Assembly: GCA_963664875.1 (NCBI GenBank)
Contig: OY761611.1
Coordinates: 2,464,001 to 2,528,000 of the forward strand
Origin: Candidatus Kapaibacterium sp.
GTDB lineage: Bacteria; Bacteroidota; Ignavibacteria; Kapaibacteriales; UBA2268
DNA length: 64,000 nt
Direction of reading: 5' to 3'
Made by a program: the position numbers and the translations under genes. Shown one piece after another: positions 11,443 to 19,747 of this stretch (position 1 is its first letter; every line of letters begins with the position of its first letter). A model generated the notes under the pieces. That model searched no databases, was not told the DNA's origin, and saw only the letters and a program-made list of their open reading frames with translations.

Positions 11443-12840
11443 ATGGAATCTATATTTAAGAATAAAAAAATTCTGCTTGGGGTTACTGCTTCAATCGCAG
11501 CTTACAAGAGCCCTCTAATAGTTCGAGAACTTGTGAAGCTTGGGGCACATGTCAATGTAATCATGACACCTTCGGCTAAGAATTTCGTAACTCCTATGAC
11601 CTTAACAAACGTATCGCGCAACCCGGTTGCTGTGGAGATGTTTGATAAAGATTTGCAGGATAGTGGTGCATGGCATATACAGTTGGCACATTGGGCTGAT
11701 ATAGCACTCATAGCTCCATGCTCAGCCACAACTTTAGGCAAACTTGCAAACGGAATTTGTGACAATGCTCTGTCAACTGTAATCACTGCCTTGCCGCGTG
11801 AGATTCCTCTTTTGATAGCTCCGTCTATGGATTCTACTATGTGGCTTAATCCCTCAACCCAGAGAAATATTCGCCAAATGCAAACGGATGGTGCTTTGAT
11901 AATTCCCCCGGGCGAAGGCGAGCTTTCGAGCGGCATTATAGGTCCCGGCAGACTTCCTGACATCAGTGTGGTGATTGACTATGTTTATAGAGCTCTAAAA
12001 GGTTGGGTCTATGAAGAGAAATCTGAAAGAGTCTTTATGAGTGATAGTGACAATAAAATCAAAGACAATTTGGAACAGCTTGCAGAGCAACATAAAGCTA
12101 TTGAAGAAAGCGACAAATTAACTGCTGCTATCCAGCTTGAACAAATGAAAAAAGCAATGTCAGACAAACAACAACCCCAGACCTTAAAAGGGAAAAAGGT
12201 TGTTATCACTGCCGGCCCGACACACGAAAAAATTGATGATGTAAGATTCCTTGGCAATCATTCCTCCGGTAAGATGGGATATGCTATTGCTACAGCTGCA
12301 AGAAATGCAGGAGCTAATGTGGTTCTTGTTTCCGGTCCCGTTAGCCTAAATCCACCGGAAGGAGTTACTACTATCAATGTGTATTCTGCTCAGGAAATGT
12401 ACGACGCTACTATAGTTGAATTCCCCGATGCTGACATTGGAATAATGTGTGCAGCAGTTGCTGATTATACTTTGAAAAAACCATTTGACGGCAAACTTAA
12501 AAAAAGTGAAACCGGTCCTGAGCTTACTTTGCAGCTTGTTGAAACTAAAGACATACTTGCAACTCTCGGTAAAAAGAAAAAGAAAGATCAGACTTTAGTT
12601 GGTTTTGCTCTCGAAGCTGTCAACGAAATAGACTACGGCAGAGATAAGCTAAAAACTAAAAATGCAGATATGATAGTTGTTAATTCAGCTTCAAGACCCC
12701 AAAGTGGGTTTGGGATAGACATGAACACTATTACTTTGCTTGTTAAAGACGAGGGCGAAACACAATACCCTCCGATGAGCAAAACAGAGTGTGCAAAAAT
12801 CATAGTTGACAAAGTTGCCGATTTGCATAAAGGCAAATAG
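11443..12840 (+). CDS. coaBC: Bifunctional phosphopantothenoylcysteine decarboxylase / synthetase
   Basis: LGVTASIAAYK flavoprotein domain, ITAGPTHEKIDDVRFLGNHSSGKMG, AAVADY, VGFALE. Confidence 0.96.
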   Translation: MESIFKNKKILLGVTASIAAYKSPLIVRELVKLGAHVNVIMTPSAKNFVTPMTLTNVSRNPVAVEMFDKDLQDSGAWHIQLAHWADIALIAPCSATTLGKLANGICDNALSTVITALPREIPLLIAPSMDSTMWLNPSTQRNIRQMQTDGALIIPPGEGELSSGIIGPGRLPDISVVIDYVYRALKGWVYEEKSERVFMSDSDNKIKDNLEQLAEQHKAIEESDKLTAAIQLEQMKKAMSDKQQPQTLKGKKVVITAGPTHEKIDDVRFLGNHSSGKMGYAIATAARNAGANVVLVSGPVSLNPPEGVTTINVYSAQEMYDATIVEFPDADIGIMCAAVADYTLKKPFDGKLKKSETGPELTLQLVETKDILATLGKKKKKDQTLVGFALEAVNEIDYGRDKLKTKNADMIVVNSASRPQSGFGIDMNTITLLVKDEGETQYPPMSKTECAKIIVDKVADLHKGK

Positions 12841-12878
12841 ATTGTAAATATTGATAACATTCTGCTCGATTATATATC

Positions 12879-12918
12879 AAGCCTTGCTCCGCAAAAAGTT
12901 GCGAAGTGAGGCTTTTTT
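12879..12918 (+). terminator. Intrinsic terminator after coaBC
   Basis: AAGCCTTGCTCCGCA ... TGCGAAGTGAGGCTT followed by a T run. Confidence 0.7.
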
Positions 12919-13209
12919 AATTCTACATCTGTTATTAGAGATTTTGTCTAATGACAAATCTTGAATCAAGAAAGTTGTTTGGGATTATTGGAAGTGAAAG
13001 AATATATGAGAGATTGTAGTAATTCCAACAGGCAAAAGCAAATATGTGTAAACTCTCGATTTTACTGCACATTTTGGTACATTGATAAGTAAAAAGTATC
13101 ATAGTCCGCTAAAATTTAGTATGATATAATACTAATATATTTCTTATTTTAGTGTTCCAATTACTGAACAGTATAAAAGATGTTTCAATTGATTATTTAG
13201 GATATTAAG

Positions 13210-13932
13210 ATGTATAGTTTAAATAGAATTTTAGTCTTTGTACTTAGTGTTGTAGTAATATCTTTTGTTTCGTCGTGTTCCAATGAAGAACATAGTGCTT
13301 TTTACCCATACGAAGTGCCTGAAAAACCACCTATACCGAAGCTGGTAGAAGGAGCAGAAAAAGTGATTACCGGCAGAATCGGCAGATATGACGGCTTCGG
13401 CATATATACCTGGAATTTTGGAGAAGCAAAAATATATGCTGTTCTTGATACTGTAGCTTTATCTCTCATTAAGGATATAAATAAATTCAACGTTGTTGCT
13501 GAAGGTACCATTGACGAATACGGTCAGTATCAGATTACATTACCTGCTATTGTGTCTTCGAATTATGTCAGATATGCTGACGAACTTTCAGATAGTTTGG
13601 TAGTGCAACCTGAGAACCTAATCATAAGTGCAGGTGAACTTGAGCTATATGCCGGAGTATATAAAAATGAGTGGGGAACTCAGGTGCTCAGATATGAAAA
13701 AGTAAGAATAGACGATGCTTATATCTCAAGTCAGACAGGAATTAATACATATTATTATTACGCATTTTTCTCTGAAGATGGCTCTATTGAAGGAGATAAT
13801 GATAAAAATAATAGACATTACAATGTCTATGGTAAAAAAGGATGGAATATATTACAAATCTACAGTAATTCTATAGGTTATGTAGTGCACATACCGCCTC
13901 AAGTGCGTCAATATATATGGGACTTTGATTGA
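13210..13932 (+). CDS. Hypothetical lipoprotein
   Basis: Hydrophobic signal ending VSSC followed by an acidic stretch (SNEE). Beta-rich body, KKGWN motif near the C-terminus. Confidence 0.7.
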   Translation: MYSLNRILVFVLSVVVISFVSSCSNEEHSAFYPYEVPEKPPIPKLVEGAEKVITGRIGRYDGFGIYTWNFGEAKIYAVLDTVALSLIKDINKFNVVAEGTIDEYGQYQITLPAIVSSNYVRYADELSDSLVVQPENLIISAGELELYAGVYKNEWGTQVLRYEKVRIDDAYISSQTGINTYYYYAFFSEDGSIEGDNDKNNRHYNVYGKKGWNILQIYSNSIGYVVHIPPQVRQYIWDFD

Positions 13933-13998
13933 TTCCTTTGTTTAATCATTATATCAAAACCTTAAAAAAAGAGACAATTAAAAAACTTAAATGGAGGG

Positions 13999-14841
13999 CT
14001 ATATACTCATAAGTATTATAGCAATAATGCCTGTTAGTATAGACAATACCCCGTATGTATTAAGTTTTTCTTTGAATAAGATGCGGGCAAAAAAGCCTGT
14101 GGCAACTATAACTCCGATATTTACGAACGGAAAAGTAAGATACCCGGGTATAGTTTCCAATGCACCAATCAAAAAGAAGGAACTAAATATATTTGGAATA
14201 CCAAGTACCATACCTCGAATTAAAACTGTTCTCTCCGGTTTAACTTTTTTGAATAGGCTAATTGCAGCAGTATATAAAAATGAAAAGCCAAATATGGAAA
14301 ATAGAAACATAGATTTGCCTGCTCCGGCGAATTCTTCTTCAAAGATTTTCATTCCGAAATCAGCTATTCCTATGCCAATCAACAAAGCGATAAGATAGAA
14401 AAAATCTGCGAAACTAAGTTTTTTGCTTGAATCGCCTTTTAAAGATTTATAAAAAAGTATCATCGTCAATCCAACAAGAGCATAGGCAGCTAAATGTAGA
14501 ATTTTAGGTTGTTCTCTGTAAATAATGATTGAGAGAAGAGCCGGAAGAAAAACGGATAATCGTGAGCTGACAGTTGCAAGTGCAGTGCCTGCAACATTTA
14601 CCGCTTTAGTAAATGCAAAAAAAGAACCTACAAAAAACACTGCTAAACCTGCACCGAGAGCAAGCATGGGCAATGGGATATCAAAATTCATTTCTGAAAA
14701 TGACAAAGCCAAAGTAGTCAGAGTTGCTGCGAAATAATTGCCGGTGAGTAGCAAAAGGGCGTTGCCCGATTTAGTATCGTTATATTTCAAAATGAGTGCA
14801 ATAGAGACCGAGCACAAAACACTTAAAATAAGACTAAGCAT
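13999..14841 (-). CDS. DMT/EamA-family transporter
   Basis: About 10 TM helices in two repeats, LFKEKL C-terminal motif. ATG at 14841 has an upstream GGAG, so it is preferred over TTG at 14856. Confidence 0.85.
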   Translation of the reverse strand: MLSLILSVLCSVSIALILKYNDTKSGNALLLLTGNYFAATLTTLALSFSEMNFDIPLPMLALGAGLAVFFVGSFFAFTKAVNVAGTALATVSSRLSVFLPALLSIIIYREQPKILHLAAYALVGLTMILFYKSLKGDSSKKLSFADFFYLIALLIGIGIADFGMKIFEEEFAGAGKSMFLFSIFGFSFLYTAAISLFKKVKPERTVLIRGMVLGIPNIFSSFFLIGALETIPGYLTFPFVNIGVIVATGFFARILFKEKLNTYGVLSILTGIIAIILMSI

Positions 14842-15219
14842 AAAAAATATCTCCAAAATTTTTCAAAGATATGCATAGAGCTTAGAATAAAAAAGTGGAA
14901 ACTATCTTTCTTTTCATTTTTATCATTACAAAATTTAAATATTACAAATTTGTATAATGCAAGATTTTATATGCTTCGGCTTTTTGCAAAATGTGCTTTT
15001 GCTTTCTAAAATCTCTAATATGGCTATAATTGCTTTGCACAATTGTGCTGATTGTCCTTAATAATTAGAACTAACAAAATTAAACGAGTAAAAATAGTCT
15101 TAACTATTCTTTAAAATCGGAATTAGTTAAGCTATTTTCAAGTTTTTTTTCCGATATTGCATTTATAACTTAGACAGAGTATAACTTATATCTTATAAAC
15201 TAAAGAATGATTTAATGCT

Positions 15220-16593
15220 ATGAAAACTCAAATTGAACCTTTCAAAATCAAGTCGGTGGAGCATATTCCTATTACTACGGTAGAACAAAGAGAACAGTTC
15301 ATCAAGGAAGCGCACTACAATCCATTTGCATTGAGATCAGAGCATGTCACAATCGACCTTTTGACTGATAGCGGTACTACTGCAATGAGCTCTAAACAGT
15401 GGGCTGCTATGATGGATGGCGACGAAGCTTATGCCGGTTCAAGATCCTACTATAAATTTGAAGACGCTGTGCGTGAGATTACAGGTTTCAAACATATCAT
15501 ACCTACTCACCAAGGGCGTGCCGCTGAAAAAATCTTATTTACTTTGTTAGGTGGCGAAAATATCGTTATCCCTAACAACACTCACTTTGATACTACAAGA
15601 GGTAATATCGAGTTTTCAAAAGCTATGGCTATTGACTGCCCTACTGAAATCGGTACTAAACCTGAAGTGATAGCTGATTTCAAAGGCAATATGGATATTG
15701 ACAAACTTCGTGCTGTTATCGAAAAATACGGCGTTGAAAGAATCCCTGTTGTAATGCTTACTGTTACTAATAATAGTGGCGGTGGTCAGCCTGTTTCTAT
15801 GGCTAATATCAAAGAAGTACGCAAAGTATGTGATGAATATAACTTACCTTTGTTCCTTGATTGTTGCCGTTTTGCTGAGAATGCTTACTTCATCAAAGAA
15901 AGAGAAGAAGGCTATGCAAACAAAACTATCATGGAAATCGCTAACGAAATGTTCTCTTATGCTGATGGCGCTACTATGTCATCTAAAAAAGATGCACTTT
16001 CTAACACCGGTGGTTTCTTGGCAATGAACGACGATAAACTTGCTGATAAATCCAAAGAGCTTCTAATTATTACTGAAGGGTTTGTTACTTACGGTGGCTT
16101 GGCTCGCCGTGACTTAGAAGCTTTGGCTCAGGGTTTCAAAGAAGTAATGGAAGAAGATTATCTGAAATACAGAATCGAACAGGTTCGCTACCTTGGTAAC
16201 TTGTTAGAAGAAGCTGGTGTTCCTATTCTTCGTCCTACAGGTGGTCATGGTGTTTATTTGGATGCTCGTAGATTTGCTCCAAATATCAAACCTGAACACT
16301 TCCCGGGTCAGTCTATCCTTTTGGAAATCTATAGACTCTCAGGCGTTCGTACTGTTGAAATCGGCTCTTTGATGTTTGGTAAACGTGACGAAGAAGGTAA
16401 CTTCATCGCTCCTCCTATGGATTTAGTACGCTTGGCTATTCCTCGCCGTGTTTATACCAAATCACATATCGAGTACGTTGCTGAAGCTATTATCGAAACA
16501 TACAAAAACGTTGATAAATTGAAAGGCTTGAAAATTACTTGGGAACCTGAGTTCTTGAGACACTTCACTTGCCGTTTGGAATATATCGACTAA
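15220..16593 (+). CDS. tnaA: Tryptophanase (tryptophan indole-lyase)
   Basis: IDLLTDSGT, GDEAYAGS, PTHQGRAAE, PLP lysine in MSSKKD, RLAIPRRVYT. HFDTT and LRHFT favour TnaA over tyrosine phenol-lyase (FTTT / LRFFT). Confidence 0.92.
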   Translation: MKTQIEPFKIKSVEHIPITTVEQREQFIKEAHYNPFALRSEHVTIDLLTDSGTTAMSSKQWAAMMDGDEAYAGSRSYYKFEDAVREITGFKHIIPTHQGRAAEKILFTLLGGENIVIPNNTHFDTTRGNIEFSKAMAIDCPTEIGTKPEVIADFKGNMDIDKLRAVIEKYGVERIPVVMLTVTNNSGGGQPVSMANIKEVRKVCDEYNLPLFLDCCRFAENAYFIKEREEGYANKTIMEIANEMFSYADGATMSSKKDALSNTGGFLAMNDDKLADKSKELLIITEGFVTYGGLARRDLEALAQGFKEVMEEDYLKYRIEQVRYLGNLLEEAGVPILRPTGGHGVYLDARRFAPNIKPEHFPGQSILLEIYRLSGVRTVEIGSLMFGKRDEEGNFIAPPMDLVRLAIPRRVYTKSHIEYVAEAIIETYKNVDKLKGLKITWEPEFLRHFTCRLEYID

Positions 16594-16615
16594 TATTGCT
16601 TTGTATATTTTATTT

Positions 16616-16653
16616 CAAAAAGACGCATTGATTCATTTCAGTGCGTTTTTTTT
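16616..16653 (+). terminator. Intrinsic terminator after tnaA
   Basis: AAAAAGACGCATTGA ... TCAGTGCGTTTTTTTTT. Confidence 0.8.
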
Positions 16654-16733
16654 TATTATACATAATATATCAAAATTCTATTACAAGTATTACGTTCAAA
16701 TATTAAACAATTATAAGTTGAAATTGTTTATAT

Positions 16734-18701
16734 TTGAAAATCTACAATGACTGCAATTATTTCGCAAGGACTCTATACTTGAAAGCAATTTTGGTTCTTT
16801 TTTTAGCTTTGTTCCATCTGACTATGGTATCTTATGCCTCCAAATCGTCTGATGAGATTTTGCTTCAGATTGCAAAAGCTTCAGATGACAGCACCAAAGT
16901 GGATTTATTAAATAAATACGCCTTCGAAGTTCGTACGCAAAATTTTGATTCTTCGCAGGTTTATGGCGAAAATGCTCTTGCTCTTGCAAGGCAGCTTAAA
17001 TATAAAAAAGGTATCGCCGAATCTTTAAAAATTATTGGTACGGCGAACTGGAACAAAGGCTTTTTTGCTGAAGCTAAAGCGCTTTATCATCAGTCACTTG
17101 CCATCTATGAAGAAATAAACGACACTAATGGAATCGGAAGGCTCTATAATAATCTTGGACTTATCGAGCTTACGCAGAATGAATTTGCAGAGGCTATTTC
17201 TTACTTCAAACAAAGTATCATCTTCAACAAAGCTACTAAGGATACTTTTATGCTCTGCAATGCCTACTACAATATTGCTATCTCGCACTTTTATCTCAAA
17301 GATTATACTAAAGCGATTACTAATCACTATAAAAGTATCGAGTTTGCAAGCGCTACTAATAATGATATTATTCTTGCTCAAAACTATGGCTCACTCGGTG
17401 CAAGCTATACTTTTTTGAAAAATTATGAATCTGCTTACGAAAATCTAAATCAGGCATTAAGTATTTGCCTTAGGCTCGATCTCAAAAGAGAGCTTGCTCA
17501 TATCTACAATCTCCTCGCATATTACTATTTGGAAGTGCACGACTTTAATATGGCTATAGAATGTGCTGAAAAGTCTGCTGTGATTGCTGATTCTCTCAAC
17601 TCCCTTATCAATATCTACGAGGCTAATAAATTACTTGCTGACGCTTGGAGCAAACTCGGCAATTTCGAAAAGGCTTACAAATACCAGTCTCTTTCTGTTG
17701 AGAAATTTGTCAAGCTTACTGATGAGCAAAATAGTCAGATTATTGCCAATATCTCTGCAAAATACGCTTATGATAAGAAACTAAAAGCTATAGAAGACGA
17801 AAAAGCTGATGCCGAACACAATATTCATACAAGGAATGTCATTATCGCTGTGGTGAGCTTCTTTACTTTGTTTGCTTTTGTATTGGCTGCTTTGCTTTAC
17901 CGCAACAACCTCGAGAGACGCAAAAATAATCTTCTGCTTTTGGAACAAAAAACTAACATAGATGAGCAAAACAAGCAGCTCGAAACTATGAATGCTGAGC
18001 TTAATGAGCTTAATACTACTAAAGATAAATTCTTTTCTATAATCGCTCACGACCTCAAAAATCCAATTTATAATCTGCACTCTGTGGCTCAGATTATCCA
18101 CGAAGACTTTGATATAATGAGCGAAGACGAGAAAAAAGAATATGTCAGCCTCATGGAAAACTCCTCGAAGCATATTTATTCGCTTTTAGAAAATCTGCTT
18201 ACCTGGTCCCGCTCGCAACGTGGCCAGATAGTGGTCAATCCCGTAGAGAGCGAGCTCGATGTGCTGCTGCACACCACTATCCAAGGGGCTGCCGCTGCTG
18301 CTGCGAATAAGGGAATCGAGATAGTCAGCCATATCATGCCCAATACTAAAGTCCTTACTGATATCAATTTAATAAATACTATCGTTCGCAATATACTTTC
18401 CAATGCTATTAAGTTTACTCCTAATGGTGGCAAAATCGAACTTTCCTCCGAACTCAAACCAAAATTTGTTACTCTCAAAATCAGAGATAACGGGGTGGGT
18501 ATGGATGATGAAAAAATCGGCACTCTATTTATCACCGGAGAAAACCAATCCACTCCAGGGACTAACGAAGAAAAAGGCACCGGGCTGGGGCTAATCATCT
18601 GCAAGGAGTTTGCCAATAAAAACGGTGGCGATATAGCGGTCAAAAGCCGTAAGGGTGAGGGCGCTGAGTTTACTCTTACTATACCTCTGCTGCGGCAATA
18701 A
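16734..18701 (+). CDS. TPR-containing sensor histidine kinase (start codon uncertain)
   Basis: Periplasmic TPR repeats, one TM helix, H-box FFSIIAHDLKNP, N-box NILSNAIKFT, DNGVG and GTGLGL G-boxes. Confidence 0.95.
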   Translation: MKIYNDCNYFARTLYLKAILVLFLALFHLTMVSYASKSSDEILLQIAKASDDSTKVDLLNKYAFEVRTQNFDSSQVYGENALALARQLKYKKGIAESLKIIGTANWNKGFFAEAKALYHQSLAIYEEINDTNGIGRLYNNLGLIELTQNEFAEAISYFKQSIIFNKATKDTFMLCNAYYNIAISHFYLKDYTKAITNHYKSIEFASATNNDIILAQNYGSLGASYTFLKNYESAYENLNQALSICLRLDLKRELAHIYNLLAYYYLEVHDFNMAIECAEKSAVIADSLNSLINIYEANKLLADAWSKLGNFEKAYKYQSLSVEKFVKLTDEQNSQIIANISAKYAYDKKLKAIEDEKADAEHNIHTRNVIIAVVSFFTLFAFVLAALLYRNNLERRKNNLLLLEQKTNIDEQNKQLETMNAELNELNTTKDKFFSIIAHDLKNPIYNLHSVAQIIHEDFDIMSEDEKKEYVSLMENSSKHIYSLLENLLTWSRSQRGQIVVNPVESELDVLLHTTIQGAAAAAANKGIEIVSHIMPNTKVLTDINLINTIVRNILSNAIKFTPNGGKIELSSELKPKFVTLKIRDNGVGMDDEKIGTLFITGENQSTPGTNEEKGTGLGLIICKEFANKNGGDIAVKSRKGEGAEFTLTIPLLRQ

Positions 18702-18727
18702 AATAGCTCGAACGCAAGCCAAAGCAT

Positions 18728-18770
18728 AAAAAAGCCGCACTTTTGTAATTTCAAATAGTGCAGCTCTTTT
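18728..18770. terminator. Probable bidirectional terminator
   Basis: AAAAAGCCGCACT ... AGTGCAGCTCTTTT. Confidence 0.55.
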
Positions 18771-18799
18771 ATGAAGCGATGTATATGGGGTAATTTGTT

Positions 18800-19018
18800 C
18801 TATAAAGTTATGATCTCTACATCTTCTCTGTCCCATAATCCGTTGCTTGCCAAATCCTCTTGCGTCGTTGTGCCTGTAAGGTAATTGTACCAGTCTGTTT
18901 TGTACTCGTCAAAGATTTGCGTAAACATGTTCTTGTCAATGTCGCCATGATACCTGATGTAAACTTTCACAAAGCTCGAATTTGTATTCATTCCGACTCC
19001 TATCAGACAGTTGAACAT
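18800..19018 (-). CDS. Small hypothetical protein (72 aa, or 63 aa from the second Met)
   Basis: Sole ORF in an otherwise empty gap with protein-like composition and a terminator downstream. No family recognised. Confidence 0.45.
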   Translation of the reverse strand: MFNCLIGVGMNTNSSFVKVYIRYHGDIDKNMFTQIFDEYKTDWYNYLTGTTTQEDLASNGLWDREDVEIITL

Positions 19019-19399
19019 AACATTTCAAAATAACTTTTCAGTGTATAAATATATACGAACAAGCAGCCCTTTTGTTCAAAAGATTTACAATATTTTTTTT
19101 GTGGGCATTATTCCCTGCTTTTGGCAGTGGGTGGGGCGTGCGGGAGATGAGGAGATAAATTAGCTTGATTACATTTTTTGATTTTAGTATATTAGGTTTT
19201 TAAATATGCATTATGAGATTGTGAGGGAGAGTAGATTGTGGCAGAGCAAGAATACGATGCAAAAATATAGTAAATAGAAAGTTTATAAAAAAACCCAAAA
19301 ATTCCCTCCCCCACCGCTTCATCACAACCCAAAGAAGCGGGGTGTAAGTTTTAAAGAGTTACGACATAAAGTATAGAATGGACAAAGAGGAATAAAGGT

Positions 19400-19631
19400 A
19401 TGCAGAAAGAATCCACTAATATAGAACTAAGGAATGATGACCGGACAACTGACATTATTTTCTATGCTGATAAGAGCGGAAATAAGAAAATAGAAGTTTT
19501 GTTTGAAAATGAGACATTTTGGCTGAGTCAAAAAAGGATAGCCGGAGGAAAATTCAACTATTCGAAAAATTCGAATAGTTCAAACCGAAGGAGCAAGGCA
19601 AGTTTCGAGAGCAGTAGATAAAATTGGAGTA
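19400..19631 (+). pseudogene. RhuM/virulence-protein family remnant
   Basis: IIFY..KSGNKKIEVLFENETFWLSQKRIA, then in another frame EENSTIRKIRIVQTEGARQVSRAVD. Both are RhuM N-terminal blocks; the intervening segment is deleted, the frame is shifted and the gene is truncated. Confidence 0.8.
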
Positions 19632-19690
19632 GAGTTATATCTTAAACCCCTCGAAATCGAGGGGTATGAATCCCCCCCCAAAAAAATACC

Positions 19691-19723
19691 AAAGCCGTGA
19701 ATTTAATCAAAAATCACGGCTTT
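19691..19723. terminator. Terminator downstream of pgi
   Basis: AAAGCCGTGA ... TCACGGCTTT perfect 10-bp stem. Confidence 0.75.
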
Positions 19724-19747
19724 GCTTTTGCCTTGGTTTTATTATTT

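Noticed and set aside
15220-16593. Tyrosine phenol-lyase as an alternative call
   Set aside because: FDTT and LRHFT match tryptophanase-specific residues.
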